Shown piece by piece: positions 27,137 to 37,657 of a DNA stretch of 41,454 nucleotides (the first letter of the stretch is position 1; every line of letters starts with the position of its first letter). A program made the translations under genes and the position numbers. The stretch is from the NCBI GenBank assembly GCA_964499425.1, contig CAZCLD010000006.1, positions 1 through 41,454 of the forward strand, read 5' to 3'. The DNA is from an uncultured Candidatus Peribacteria bacterium (GTDB lineage: Bacteria; Patescibacteriota; Gracilibacteria; UBA1369; LOWO2-01-FULL-3). The notes under the pieces were generated by a model, which was not told the origin of the DNA, ran no database searches, and worked only from the letters and a program-made list of their open reading frames with translations.

Positions 27137-28983
27137 ACTTTTACTTTTTTAGGAACTTTAGCTCCGTGGAAATATTTAAGAAATTCATCTCGGTTGATTG
27201 TCTCTTTTTTAATGAGGTCTTCTGAAATACGTGTTACTAACCTCTTGTTCTTGGTTATGATTTGCTTGGTCCGCTGGTGTGCTTTGTCTAGCAATCGTTT
27301 TATCAATTCATCAATTCTTGCTGCGCTAGTTTCAGAATAATTTTTTACGTGTCCAAAATCTTTGCCGAGGAAAATTTCTTGATTTTGATCTCCGAAGATT
27401 ATTGGTCCCAAATCGCTCATTCCATATTTTGTTACCATGTTGCGTGCTATTGATGTGGCTCTTTGTAGATCATTGGATGCGCCGGTGGTCATTTCTCCAA
27501 AGAAGACTTGTTCTGCCGTGTAGCCTCCGAGGAGAGAGCAGAGCTCGTCTTCGAATTTACTTTTTGAACTAAGGTGTTTGTCTTCTTCTGGCAAAAACCA
27601 AGTGACTCCCAATGCCATGCCGCGTGATACTACTGAGATTTTGTGAACTGGGTCACAACCTGGCAATAGGTGTCCAACAATTGCGTGTCCGACTTCATGA
27701 TAGGCGGTGATATTCTTTTCTGCCTTGCTTAGGACTTTGGATTTTCGTTCTGGTCCCATAACTACTTTTTCTATCGACTGTTCCATTTCTTTCATTCCAA
27801 TAGTCTTCTTATTTCGCTTTGCAGCGAGAATTGCAGCTTCGTTTAGAAGGTTTTCAATATCTGCACCGGTGAATCCTGGTGTTGAGCGAGCGATTTTTTT
27901 GAGGTCTACTGTTTTTGCGAGAGGCTTGTTTCTAGAGTGGACTTTCAGAATGAGAGCTCGAGCTTTTAGGTCGGGCATGTCTACAACTACTCTACGATCG
28001 AAACGGCCGGGTCTCAGTAATGCAGGATCTAGTATATCTGGCCGGTTTGTTGCGGCGATTACTATTACGTTTGTGCCGGTTTCGAAGCCATCCATCTCTG
28101 TTAGGATTTGGTTTAGTGTTTGTTCTCTTTCGTCGTGTCCACCTCCCATTCCTGCTCCTCTGTGGCGTCCGACAGCATCTATTTCATCAATAAATATAAT
28201 ACAAGGTGCATTCCTTTTTGCTTTATTAAAGAGGTCTCGTACGCGGGACGCTCCAACACCGACAAACATTTCTACAAATTCGGATCCGGAAATGGCGAAG
28301 AAAGGGACATCTGCTTCTCCTGCCACTGCTCGTGCGAGTAAGGTTTTTCCGGTGCCGGGAGCTCCAACTAGAACTACACCTTTTGGTATCTTGGCTCCCA
28401 TCTCTCGGTATTTTTTTGGATTCTTTAAAAAGTCTACAACTTCGGTCAATTCCTCCTTTGCTTCCGGGACTCCTGCTACATCGTCGAATGTAGTTTTTTG
28501 TTTTCCTTTATCGTAAACCTTGGCTTTGCTTTTGCCGAAGGAAAGAGCTTGATTGTTGCTGGATTGCGCACTACGCATCATGAAGAGGAAGAAAGCTATT
28601 ATAAGTAGAAAGGGGATTAGTCCGATCAGGAGGTTTGTCCAAAATTTGCTGGACTCAGTGTCCTCTACATTGATAGGGAGTTTGGAGATGGTTTCGTTTT
28701 CTATGCCAGCTTTTTCGAGGAATTCGTATATGCTGGAGCCGGTTTCTTTAAATGCGTGGTGTTTTGATCCGTCTACTAATTCTAAGTTGATTTTGTTGTC
28801 TGCGACTGTGATTTTATGAATGGTTCCTGCCTGGACTTTTACTATTAGGTCATTAAGGCTTATCTCTTCAGAAGGTGATTCTCCTGCGTTTGAGATCATC
28901 AAGAATGCAGCGATAAACAAGGCCGCAATGACTAGATAGACTAAGCTGCTTTTTTTTCTTGGGGGTTTGGGTAGTGTTGGCAT
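27133..28983 (-). CDS. ftsH: ATP-dependent zinc metalloprotease FtsH
   Basis: 2 TMs, [35 protein letters not shown]. Confidence 0.99.
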   Translation of the reverse strand: MPTLPKPPRKKSSLVYLVIAALFIAAFLMISNAGESPSEEISLNDLIVKVQAGTIHKITVADNKINLELVDGSKHHAFKETGSSIYEFLEKAGIENETISKLPINVEDTESSKFWTNLLIGLIPFLLIIAFFLFMMRSAQSSNNQALSFGKSKAKVYDKGKQKTTFDDVAGVPEAKEELTEVVDFLKNPKKYREMGAKIPKGVVLVGAPGTGKTLLARAVAGEADVPFFAISGSEFVEMFVGVGASRVRDLFNKAKRNAPCIIFIDEIDAVGRHRGAGMGGGHDEREQTLNQILTEMDGFETGTNVIVIAATNRPDILDPALLRPGRFDRRVVVDMPDLKARALILKVHSRNKPLAKTVDLKKIARSTPGFTGADIENLLNEAAILAAKRNKKTIGMKEMEQSIEKVVMGPERKSKVLSKAEKNITAYHEVGHAIVGHLLPGCDPVHKISVVSRGMALGVTWFLPEEDKHLSSKSKFEDELCSLLGGYTAEQVFFGEMTTGASNDLQRATSIARNMVTKYGMSDLGPIIFGDQNQEIFLGKDFGHVKNYSETSAARIDELIKRLLDKAHQRTKQIITKNKRLVTRISEDLIKKETINRDEFLKYFHGAKVPKKVKV

Positions 28984-28992
28984 AGCGGCGTT

Positions 28993-28998
28993 ATTATA
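28993..28998 (-). promoter_or_regulatory. -10 box 9 nt upstream of ftsH ATG
   Basis: TATAAT on the minus strand. Confidence 0.5.
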
Positions 28999-29007
28999 GT
29001 GGAGTTT

Positions 29008-29949
29008 TTAAACGAGCTCAATGAGATTGTTTTTCAATCTTACAGTTAATTTCCCGAGCTTTTTTTCTTTGTTCCCTGAGCCCTTTTTTATTAGTTCAAT
29101 TACTTCGTCTAAGTGGGTGGACTCAATATTTCTAGTAGATCCGGTGATTTTTTTGTAAATTTCGAGAAGAATTAACTTTTGTAGTGTCTCTGGATTTTTG
29201 CGGAAGGATTTTGCGTCTAATTTCTGTGCCTGATTTTTGTCTAACCAACTTTGTGCGGAGGATGCGAGAAAATCGTTTGTGCTACGCAGATTTTGACTGT
29301 TTTTTGCGGTGGTTTTTACGATGTTTGGATTGATCTTTTTGAGTTTGGGAATGATTTCATGGCGAATGAAATTTCTGTGGTAGGTTTTGTCTTCATTGGT
29401 CTCGTCTTTTAAGAAGGGGATTTTTTTTATTCCTAAATAATCGACAATTTCTTTCTTTGAGAATGAAAGAAGCGGTCTCAGCAGATTTCCTTCTACTTCT
29501 GTAATGCCGGCAAGTCCCTGGAGACTAGCGCCACGCGAAAAATTGAAGATCATTGTTTCCAAATTGTCATCGGCATGATGTGCAGTGAGGATATACTTTG
29601 CTTTATATTTTTTGGCTAATTGATTGAAGAATTGATATCTTACTATGCGCCCTGCTTCTTCTAAGCCTTTCTTAGATTTTTTTGCTAGTGATTTGATGTT
29701 GCATGTTTTGAGGTGAAAGTTCTTGGATTGTGCTTTAACAAAATCCGCGTCTTTTTTGCTTTCTTTCCGAAGTTTGTGATCGATGTGTGCAGTGATGATT
29801 TTGCATGGGATTTGCTTGAGAAAGTGCAGAAGAAAGATTGAATCAGGGCCTCCGGAGATGCCTGCGATGATGGTATCGCGTGGTTTGATGTACTTGCTTA
29901 GTATACGTATTACTCTCTGTTCTAGTTTTTTGGATTCCTGGGAGTTCAT
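29008..29949 (-). CDS. tilS: tRNA(Ile)-lysidine synthetase, short form
   Basis: SGGPDS, HIDHKLR, TAHHADDNLET, RPLL, RNFIRH; start moved to MNSQE at 29949 (ATGA overlap). Confidence 0.95.
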   Translation of the reverse strand: MNSQESKKLEQRVIRILSKYIKPRDTIIAGISGGPDSIFLLHFLKQIPCKIITAHIDHKLRKESKKDADFVKAQSKNFHLKTCNIKSLAKKSKKGLEEAGRIVRYQFFNQLAKKYKAKYILTAHHADDNLETMIFNFSRGASLQGLAGITEVEGNLLRPLLSFSKKEIVDYLGIKKIPFLKDETNEDKTYHRNFIRHEIIPKLKKINPNIVKTTAKNSQNLRSTNDFLASSAQSWLDKNQAQKLDAKSFRKNPETLQKLILLEIYKKITGSTRNIESTHLDEVIELIKKGSGNKEKKLGKLTVRLKNNLIELV

Positions 29950-30251
29950 GGTTGGCTTAATTTGATGATCTCTTCGAAATTGTCGTCTTCCGAAGCTTTG
30001 TTGGGCATTACTTTGCCACATTTTTCACATTTGTGATAGATGATCCAGCCTTTTTTTCCATCCTGGTCTACTTTAAAGGGGGGCATTAGGGTGTGGCATT
30101 TGCTGAGTCGGTCGCCTGGCGTATTTTGGTCTACGTGTAGGGAATAAAGGCATTTTCTGCAATGATTTCTGCATGAGCTTTTGTGGGGAGGGTTTTCTTC
30201 TCCACACTTATTACAGTTAAAGCCCTCATTTATGGTGATGAAGTTCTCCAT
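29946..30251 (-). CDS. RNHCP-domain protein
   Basis: FNCNKCG, CRNHCRKCLYSLHVD..PGDR..C..LM.P, HKCEKCG; start moved to MENF. Confidence 0.88.
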   Translation of the reverse strand: MENFITINEGFNCNKCGEENPPHKSSCRNHCRKCLYSLHVDQNTPGDRLSKCHTLMPPFKVDQDGKKGWIIYHKCEKCGKVMPNKASEDDNFEEIIKLSQP

Positions 30252-30307
30252 GACGTTGATAAAGTAGCAGAAATGTGCTAGAATATACAGAAGTAAAAAC
30301 AAAAAAA

Positions 30308-30961
30308 ATGAAAAAACTATCAATTCTAGTGATCCTTGGAGTGGCGGTCTTTGTACTGATGGGTGCTTATACGGGGTATTCCTTCTGGGCAAAGTCAGCT
30401 GCCAATAGTGATCTGAAACTTGTAGAGAAAGAGCTTGTTGATTACCAGAATCAGGTTCTCCAATTTGAGAACCAGAAGGTTACTCAGGCTATCAATGCTA
30501 AATTGACTATCAATAACTTGAAGGACGGCATTGTACTTTGGTCTAAGGTGATAAAGAAGGTGCGAACAACCGTACCTAGAGTGAAAGGATATCCAATTGT
30601 TGATGTTTTATCTTATTCTGCCTCTAAAGGGAGTACTATTAATATGAATGCCAAGACCTTCCCTGGAGTGGATGAGCCATATTTGATGGTTGCTGATCTA
30701 ATTAAGGGGTTTGATGAGGAAGGTGCCTTTAGAGATACTTTTGTTCCTTCTATCTCTGCGGGATTGAACGATGAAGGTGAAGAAATCCTAACCTTTATGT
30801 TTAGCGCGAATTATGTGGATGAGGATGCACTTGAAATGGTAGAGGAGGATAAGGAGGAGGTTGAGGAAGAAGAAGTTGAAGAGGAAGAGGAAGTTGAAGA
30901 GGAAGAGGAGGAAGTTGAAGAGGAAGAAGCTGAAACTGAAGCTGAAGAAGTACTTCGTTAA
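30308..30961 (+). CDS. PilN-like type IV pilus assembly protein with poly-Glu tail
   Basis: N-terminal TM, coiled coil, W..I...VP pattern; directly before a PilO-like gene; start moved to MKKLS. Confidence 0.6.
   Translation: MKKLSILVILGVAVFVLMGAYTGYSFWAKSAANSDLKLVEKELVDYQNQVLQFENQKVTQAINAKLTINNLKDGIVLWSKVIKKVRTTVPRVKGYPIVDVLSYSASKGSTINMNAKTFPGVDEPYLMVADLIKGFDEEGAFRDTFVPSISAGLNDEGEEILTFMFSANYVDEDALEMVEEDKEEVEEEEVEEEEEVEEEEEEVEEEEAETEAEEVLR
30838..30950 (+). repeat. imperfect tandem repeat GTTGA(A/G)GA(G/A)GAAGA(G/A)GAA encoding V-E(4-6) units
   Basis: About four 18-21-bp units visible. Confidence 0.8.
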
Positions 30962-30970
30962 TCAAAAAAT

Positions 30971-31549
30971 ATGTTAGAAAAAAATCTTGATAAAGAAATA
31001 GCAATTCGGTCGCACTCAAATAGGAGCACTTTGATAGGGATTCTTATTATAGTTGTTTCTGTTGTTCTCTATACCTTTTTGGCTAGACCTGTTGCGAATG
31101 AGGCTGACAGCATTAAAGCTGATATCTCTACTAAAACCGTGGAACTGGAGGTATTGAAGGATAAAGTCGCTACTTTTGAGAAACAGCAGGATGAATTGGA
31201 ACTTACTACTGAAGTTCAAAGACTGGAAATCTTAAAAGCTGTTCCTCTTGAAATGGATCAGGACGAAGTAATCAGAGATGTTATTGAAATTGCTGATACT
31301 CACGATGTTGTGCTTCGGTCGATCAGTTTTGGAAAAGGTTCAAGTCAGTACGAAGGTGTTGGTTCACTTCGAATTAATGCCAGTTTTGAGGGAAATTATA
31401 CTGATTTGACTGATTTTCTTCAGGGACTTGAGCAAAATGCTCGAATGTTCAAGGTGGATTCTATCAGTGTCCAAATTAATAGACTTGATATTACTGATAT
31501 TGAAAGAGCAAGTTTTTCTCTTGTGATTGAGTCATTCTATCAGCAATAA
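30971..31549 (+). CDS. pilO: type IVa pilus assembly protein PilO
   Basis: TM, coiled coil, FEGNYTDLTDFLQGLEQNARMFKVDSISV. Confidence 0.8.
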   Translation: MLEKNLDKEIAIRSHSNRSTLIGILIIVVSVVLYTFLARPVANEADSIKADISTKTVELEVLKDKVATFEKQQDELELTTEVQRLEILKAVPLEMDQDEVIRDVIEIADTHDVVLRSISFGKGSSQYEGVGSLRINASFEGNYTDLTDFLQGLEQNARMFKVDSISVQINRLDITDIERASFSLVIESFYQQ

Positions 31550-31551
31550 AT

Positions 31552-32847
31552 ATGGAGTTCGATGGTTTAAAGATTAGCTCGGGGCATTCCAAAAAGGCGG
31601 AGGAAAAGCCTGAAAAGAAGCATGAAGAAGCAGATGCGACTGATTATATTGTTGATGGTGCAGAAGCGGGGAAAGATATTTTGAAAAAAGTGAAAAGGCA
31701 AGCTGTAGTTGAGGAGGATAAAGTGATTTATGGTGTTTATGACAATTCTGACAAAGGTTTCTCTGTTCGATTTAATGATTACTTGATAGACAGATCTAAG
31801 GTGGGATTAAAGGATAAGTCTTACTTTTTCCATATGCTTGCGGTGATGGTGGATGCAGGGATCCCTGTGATTGGGGCTGTACAATCTCTAGCAAATCGGA
31901 CAAAGAATAAGAGATTTAGGAGAGTTTTAAATACTGTTGCTCATGTTTGTGAGGAGGGATCAAAACTTGCAGATGCGATGAGTAGATTTGAGGATGTTTT
32001 TGATGAGTCTGAGCTGGGAATTGTCCGAAGTGGTGAGGAAACTGGGCGACTTCATACAATGCTTTTTAAGTTGTCAGATCAGCTAGATAAGAGACATGAT
32101 CTTTATATGAAGCTTTGGGGTGCTGCGGTTTATCCAATTGCGGTGCTTTCTGTGTTGGTACTGGTGACTACTGGTATGTTGGTTTGGATTTTTCCTACTT
32201 TGCTATCCCTTTTACAGGAGGGTGGAGCGGCTGCTTCAGAGTTGCCTTTTGCGACAAGGATTTTGATTGGGCTACAAAATGCGGTGGTTAATTTTTGGTG
32301 GTTGATCTTACTTGTTTTAGCTGGATTATATGGGCTATTTGCCATGTATAAAGGGAGCTCTTATGGTGCTGTTAGATGGGATTATGCGAAATTGAAGATG
32401 CCTGTTGTGGGTGGGCTTATGCGACGTGTTTTTGTTCTTAGATTTGTGAGCATGCTTGGGATTTTGATTGAGGCTGGTTTGCCTGTGATCAAAGTTCTGC
32501 GTATAACTGGCAATTCATTGTCGAATAGGGTTTATAAGTTAAAAATGCAGGAAGTTATCGAAGAAGTTCGTACTGGGAAGAAGATTTCCAAGAGTATTAA
32601 GGATACAGAATTCCTTTTTCCTGCAGAGGTTAGCCAAATGCTTGGTATTGGGGAGTCTTCTGCCAGTGTTGCAAAGGTTTCAGGAAAAATTGCTGATCAG
32701 TATCAGAGGGAGATCGATAATAGCTTGAGAAAGCTGACTTCTGTGTTTGAACCAGTGATGATTTTGGTGGTTGGTATTTTCGTAGCGCTACTCGCTATGG
32801 CGATTATGGCGCCAATATTTAATTTAAGCAGCATTGCAGGTGGATAA
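31552..32847 (+). CDS. pilC: type IV pilus platform protein (PilC/GspF family)
   Basis: LAVMVDAGIPV, GEETGRL, AAVYP, LIEAGLP, IGESS, FEPVMILVVG. Confidence 0.93.
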   Translation: MEFDGLKISSGHSKKAEEKPEKKHEEADATDYIVDGAEAGKDILKKVKRQAVVEEDKVIYGVYDNSDKGFSVRFNDYLIDRSKVGLKDKSYFFHMLAVMVDAGIPVIGAVQSLANRTKNKRFRRVLNTVAHVCEEGSKLADAMSRFEDVFDESELGIVRSGEETGRLHTMLFKLSDQLDKRHDLYMKLWGAAVYPIAVLSVLVLVTTGMLVWIFPTLLSLLQEGGAAASELPFATRILIGLQNAVVNFWWLILLVLAGLYGLFAMYKGSSYGAVRWDYAKLKMPVVGGLMRRVFVLRFVSMLGILIEAGLPVIKVLRITGNSLSNRVYKLKMQEVIEEVRTGKKISKSIKDTEFLFPAEVSQMLGIGESSASVAKVSGKIADQYQREIDNSLRKLTSVFEPVMILVVGIFVALLAMAIMAPIFNLSSIAGG

Positions 32848-33493
32848 TCAATTTTCAAAAAAAAAAGGTTTTACACTGGTTGAGCTTCTAATTGTGATTG
32901 CGATCGTAGGGATGCTGAGCGTTTTAGCTATAGCTGGGTATTCCGAATACCGGAAGACTACGCTTCTTGATTTGGGAGCGGATGCCATAGTCGCTCAGAT
33001 TAACGAGATGCAGGCTAATACTATACATGGAAATGTCGGATCTGAGAGATTTGATGCTATTTCTGCAGAGTTGGATGGTGAAGATCCGATAGCGGGTATT
33101 CCTGGTCCAGATGGAACGGCGCTTTGTTATGGGATTTATTTTGAAGATGAAAAATTGAAAACTTTTACAGTTGGATTTGATGGAAAGAAGGTGTGGGATA
33201 CTACTGGATGGAAATATACGGGATGTAAAGACTTTGCGACAAAATCGAATGTTACTGAAATTGAATTAGATGATTTGATTGAGGTTGAATCTGTGCAAAC
33301 GCAGATGGAGGGATTCCTTGATTTGACGGATTTTGGTTATTTGCACTTTTTGCCTCCAGAGGGAGAGCCTGAAGTAAGCATAAGTGGTCCGGATGATCCG
33401 GTTGCTAACATCGAGAAGATTGTTATTGAAATTAGATATGGTTCTTCTGATGATCCAAAATATCAACGTACTATTGAATATGAAATTAAATAA
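32840..33493 (+). CDS. type IV pilin-like protein
   Basis: KKKG/FTLVELLIVIAIVG prepilin motif; GTG start at 32840 preferred. Confidence 0.9.
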   Translation: MDNQFSKKKGFTLVELLIVIAIVGMLSVLAIAGYSEYRKTTLLDLGADAIVAQINEMQANTIHGNVGSERFDAISAELDGEDPIAGIPGPDGTALCYGIYFEDEKLKTFTVGFDGKKVWDTTGWKYTGCKDFATKSNVTEIELDDLIEVESVQTQMEGFLDLTDFGYLHFLPPEGEPEVSISGPDDPVANIEKIVIEIRYGSSDDPKYQRTIEYEIK

Positions 33494-34106
33494 ACTACTC
33501 AAAAATCAGAGTGGATTTAGTCTTACAGAAGTGATGATTGGTATCATGATCCTCACTATTGCCATTGTGGCTGCAACGAGTGTTTTGACGACCTTGGTTC
33601 GTACTAACGCGGACAATCTTACTACGATGAAGGCATACTATTTCGCTCAAGAGGGGCTTGAGGGTGTAAGAAATATTCGTGATACGAATTGGTTACATAA
33701 TAGGGGATGGCTTGATGATGGAGGTATTTGGGGTGGGGATTTGGCTGATGCTGATGCAGTTGGGATTAACTTGAATTATTCGGCTTTGAATTCTTCCAAT
33801 TTAATTCCAAAACCGGATTCTACTACAGCTCCATGGTCTTTAGGTGGAGATGGCAAAATCTATAGAAATGACAGTGTTGACTTTGATGATGTGCTTTTTG
33901 ATGCGAGTTCTGCTACTGGTGAAGATAGTGGATTTACCAGGACTATTACAGTTGAGGATTATTCTTGCGAGAATGATTCATGTAAACCTGGAGATGAGGA
34001 TAGCTATATGCTGGTGACTTCTACAGTTACTTGGTCAATTGGAGCCAGAGAAAGGGAGTTAACTTTATCTGAAGTATTAACTGATTGGAAAGGAGGAATA
34101 TTATGA
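33480..34106 (+). CDS. PilV-like minor pilin
   Basis: SG/FSLTEVMIGIMIL and AYYFAQEGLEGVRNIRD; start moved to MKLNK. Confidence 0.88.
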   Translation: MKLNKLLKNQSGFSLTEVMIGIMILTIAIVAATSVLTTLVRTNADNLTTMKAYYFAQEGLEGVRNIRDTNWLHNRGWLDDGGIWGGDLADADAVGINLNYSALNSSNLIPKPDSTTAPWSLGGDGKIYRNDSVDFDDVLFDASSATGEDSGFTRTITVEDYSCENDSCKPGDEDSYMLVTSTVTWSIGARERELTLSEVLTDWKGGIL

Positions 34107-34774
34107 AAACACTAAAACAAAAAAGTGGATTTACTTTGATTGAAATGCTGGTTGCCATGACTATTTTTATGGCTTTTGTGGGTGTTTTGATCAGTTCTTA
34201 TACTAGTATTGTTAGAGCTCAGCGTGAAGCGAATGAATACAGGGTAATGTATAGCGAGGCAAGACAGGTTTTTGAAACAATTACTAGTGAGCTCCGTGAT
34301 GGGATGGTGGATTATGGGTATTATAGGGGTACATCTTTTGATAAGGAGTCTTTGATTTTGGTTTCAAAAGATGCCAGCAGGAAAACTGAGATTCTCTTTG
34401 ATTCTGGCTCTAATTCTGTAAAGGTTAAGCGTGGCGTGATTCCGCCTAATGTTAAGCCTTGTGTGAATGTACCATATAACTTTGAGGATGAGGTTTCTTT
34501 GAATTCTGCTGATGTAAAAGTAACTAAGTTCCGAATTTATGTTTCTCCAACTGCTGATCCATATGATCTAACCACCGAAGACCTTAATGGTTTGACTAAT
34601 ATTGAAAAGGCTGGAAGTCAATATCATCCAATGGTGACTATATATGCTCAATTTAAGAGGCAATTTTCTGATACTAAAGATCCATTTGTGATGGATTTGG
34701 AAACTACGGTTTCTTCACGAATTTATAATCGAATTTACCAAACTGATAATAGCGAATGCGATGTGATACCCTAA
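34103..34774 (+). CDS. PilW/GspJ-like minor pilin
   Basis: SG/FTLIEMLVAMTIF, C-terminal LETTVSSR; SD AGGAGG and ATGA overlap. Confidence 0.88.
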   Translation: MKTLKQKSGFTLIEMLVAMTIFMAFVGVLISSYTSIVRAQREANEYRVMYSEARQVFETITSELRDGMVDYGYYRGTSFDKESLILVSKDASRKTEILFDSGSNSVKVKRGVIPPNVKPCVNVPYNFEDEVSLNSADVKVTKFRIYVSPTADPYDLTTEDLNGLTNIEKAGSQYHPMVTIYAQFKRQFSDTKDPFVMDLETTVSSRIYNRIYQTDNSECDVIP

Positions 34775-36102
34775 AAAATCAGAGGGGGACAGCACTATTG
34801 GTGGCATTACTGGTCATGGGTGTATTGATTGCCGTATCTTTGGTGCTAGGTAGTTTGATTTTTCGAGAGACTCGTATTACTAGGGAGTTTCTAGATGCGG
34901 GAAGGGCTTATTATGCTGCTGAGTCAGGTGTTGAGATTGCTCTTTATGGCTTGAATAACTATCTTCCTGGTTGGCAGCCGTCCCCTGACAGTGGTGAGTA
35001 TAAATTTATTGAGGTTGATAGTGAGCGTTTTGCTGTTGGTGAATATCGTTTAAAGAACCGATGTAAGGCTTATCCATGTTTTGATGATGAGGAATTTGAT
35101 AGGGATAGTTTGGGAAACTCAAATTACAGGGTGTATTATGATGTGCTCGACTTGAATCGTTCTATTACTATTCCGCTTTTTGTGGCGGAGCAAGATGACG
35201 AAGGGGTGATTAGTACAACTCCTGTAACGGACTTTACTGTGGAATTCTTTGCTCCATTTAATCCGCATGAGCATTTTGATTTTGATGCTGGATTTGATAA
35301 GGATCTCCTTGCGGGATGGGATATTTTGAGATGGAAAATTTTTGGAATCAATAAGGATCCTCAAGCAAGGGTGACAGAGTCTATTAGTGATTTTACGGCT
35401 TTGTCAATGATTAATAATTGGGGGGATGACCCTAATTTTATTATCAGTTCTAATGCAACTGTACCTTCGTGGTTTGGTACTATTGATTGTGATGAGGGAA
35501 ATGACAGGTATACAGATCAGATAACGTGTCCTCCATATTTTTATAAGAATGAAATTAAGGTTGATACTCAAGACTTTGGACAGATTTCAAAGATTGATGC
35601 GGGGACATGTTCTCATACTGAAGCACGTGAATTTTATTTGTATAAATATTATTTGGGTGAACGAAAATTGATAGGCGATAATATTCGGAGTTGTTATCCA
35701 ATTGAATTTTTTATTCAAAGCCATGATTTGAATTATCTCACTCTTACAAATCTAATAAATCCTGCTGTATTCAAAGATCCAACTAACAATAAACTCTCGC
35801 AGCTATTTTTCAGAGTTGAGTTATTTTCTGGTGATGAAATTGTGAATGATGAGGGAGAGATTACTGGTTACACTGATCCCAATGGTCCTGGTTATACAGT
35901 CCGCGAATACGCTGATATTACCGCAAATGGTTATAGTGGTGATAGTAAGCAGAGTATTAATGTAAAGATTAAGCGGGGATCTTTTATGCCGGTTTTCCAT
36001 TTTTCTTTGTATAGTACTTATATGGACGAGAGTGCTGGGCATGATAATGACTATTGGTATGGTTCAGATGATGATTCGGATGATGCTGGGCCTGCGATTT
36101 AG
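34756..36102 (+). CDS. large PilX/GspK-like minor pilin
   Basis: RG/TALLVALLV (no Glu5), AYYAAESGVEIAL, C-terminal ITANG..GDSKQSI; Cys-rich acidic insert. Confidence 0.8.
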   Translation: MRCDTLKNQRGTALLVALLVMGVLIAVSLVLGSLIFRETRITREFLDAGRAYYAAESGVEIALYGLNNYLPGWQPSPDSGEYKFIEVDSERFAVGEYRLKNRCKAYPCFDDEEFDRDSLGNSNYRVYYDVLDLNRSITIPLFVAEQDDEGVISTTPVTDFTVEFFAPFNPHEHFDFDAGFDKDLLAGWDILRWKIFGINKDPQARVTESISDFTALSMINNWGDDPNFIISSNATVPSWFGTIDCDEGNDRYTDQITCPPYFYKNEIKVDTQDFGQISKIDAGTCSHTEAREFYLYKYYLGERKLIGDNIRSCYPIEFFIQSHDLNYLTLTNLINPAVFKDPTNNKLSQLFFRVELFSGDEIVNDEGEITGYTDPNGPGYTVREYADITANGYSGDSKQSINVKIKRGSFMPVFHFSLYSTYMDESAGHDNDYWYGSDDDSDDAGPAI

Positions 36103-36110
36103 CCTCTTAC

Positions 36111-36139
36111 TTGCTGCTACCTGGTTGCTGTGATAGATT
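36111..36139 (+). promoter_or_regulatory. metG promoter (leaderless-type)
   Basis: TTGCTG-17 nt-(TGa)TAGATT, 6 nt before ATG. Confidence 0.5.
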
Positions 36140-36145
36140 CTTCGC

Positions 36146-37657
36146 ATGAGTAAGTACTATGTCACTACCGCGATTGCCTATGTTAATGCGCCCCCGCATA
36201 TTGGACATGCGCTTGAATTTATTCAGGCAGATGTTCTTGCGCGCTATCATCGACTTAAAGGCGATGATACATTCTTCCTCACTGGGACTGATGAACATGG
36301 GGTGAAAGTCTTTGAAACAGCCCAAAAAGAGGGGATGGAGACTCAGGAGTTGGTTGATAAGAATGCTATGCAGTTTAAGGCCCTGGAAGGCATTCTCAAT
36401 CTTTCGAACGATGATTTTATCAGGACTACTGAGTCTAGGCACAAAGCTGGATGCAAGAAGATCTGGACCAAGATGTTTGAGAAGGGGGACATTTATAAAG
36501 GAACTTACAAGGGATTGTATTGTGCGGGATGTGAGGCGTTTGTGAGTGAAAAAGATTTGGATGAGGAGGGGAGATGTCCTATGCATAAGGACAAGCCAAA
36601 GATTCTGGAGGAAGATAATTATTTTTTTAAATTGTCGAAGTATTCTGATGCCATTAAGAAGGCTATTGAAACTGATGAGCTTTTGGTTTTGCCGGAAAGT
36701 CGGAAAAAAGAGATGTTGAATATAATTGGGGAGGAAGGATTGCACGATGTGAGTTTTTCTAGACCTAAGGAGGTTTTGCCCTGGGGGGTGGATGTGCCTG
36801 ATGATGAGGCTCAAGTTATGTATGTTTGGTGTGATGCTCTTTCTAATTACATAACTGCGATGGATTATGAGAAGGAAGGTGCTAAGTGGAAATATTGGCC
36901 TGCGGATGTGCACTTAATTGGCAAGGATATTTTGCGTTTTCATGCAGGAATATGGATCGGGATGTTGATGTCTGCGGGGGTGCAGGTTCCTAAGGCTGTT
37001 TATGCACATGGATTTATTACAAGCGAAGGGCAAAAGATGAGTAAGAGTCTTGGGAATGTGGTTGATCCTTTGGAATATGTGGATAAGTATGGGATTTCCC
37101 CTTTGAGGTACTATTTGTTGAGGGAGATTCCTACTACTGATGATGGAGACTTTAGTCATGCGCGATTCTTGACCACTTATAACAGTGAGTTGGCTAATTC
37201 GATGGGTAATCTGGTTAATCGTGTCACAATGATGACTGAGCGCTATTTGGATGGAAAGGTGCCGGCTGTGACCGATGGTGCGGAGGTTTTTGGTGAGATT
37301 GAGGCTATGCTTGAGCGATATGATCAGGCGTTTAAGGATTTTGATCTAAAGGTTGCTTGTGAGGTTATTGTGGCTTTGACCGATTTTGCGAATAAATATA
37401 TTGATGATAAGAAGCCCTGGGTTTTGGTTAAAGAAGATCCAAGTATGTTGCCTGCGATTCTATATAATTTGCTTGAGATGCTGCGTTTTCTGGTCACTAT
37501 GCTTTTACCAATTTTGCCTGGTGGAGCTGAGAAAATTGCAGAGCAAATAGGGATTAAAGTGGCTGACCTTAAGTTGGATGCAAAATGGGGAGTTATGAAA
37601 GAAGGGACTATCGTAAAATCAGCTGAAGTTCTCTTTCCACGAATAGAAGAAGACTAA
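36146..37657 (+). CDS. metG: methionyl-tRNA synthetase, short form lacking the C-terminal tRNA-binding domain
   Basis: YVNAPPHIGH, TGTDEHG, YVWCDAL, IGKDILRFH, KMSKS. Confidence 0.98.
   Translation: MSKYYVTTAIAYVNAPPHIGHALEFIQADVLARYHRLKGDDTFFLTGTDEHGVKVFETAQKEGMETQELVDKNAMQFKALEGILNLSNDDFIRTTESRHKAGCKKIWTKMFEKGDIYKGTYKGLYCAGCEAFVSEKDLDEEGRCPMHKDKPKILEEDNYFFKLSKYSDAIKKAIETDELLVLPESRKKEMLNIIGEEGLHDVSFSRPKEVLPWGVDVPDDEAQVMYVWCDALSNYITAMDYEKEGAKWKYWPADVHLIGKDILRFHAGIWIGMLMSAGVQVPKAVYAHGFITSEGQKMSKSLGNVVDPLEYVDKYGISPLRYYLLREIPTTDDGDFSHARFLTTYNSELANSMGNLVNRVTMMTERYLDGKVPAVTDGAEVFGEIEAMLERYDQAFKDFDLKVACEVIVALTDFANKYIDDKKPWVLVKEDPSMLPAILYNLLEMLRFLVTMLLPILPGGAEKIAEQIGIKVADLKLDAKWGVMKEGTIVKSAEVLFPRIEED

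Noticed and set aside
27707-28516. 269-aa plus-strand ORF
   Set aside because: Antisense shadow of ftsH with no protein motifs
29950-30392. Long N-terminal extensions of tilS, the RNHCP gene and pilN in the ORF track
   Set aside because: They overlap neighbours; downstream ATGs fit the motifs, overlaps and promoters better
36107-37159. 268-aa and 81-aa minus-strand ORFs
   Set aside because: Antisense shadows of metG
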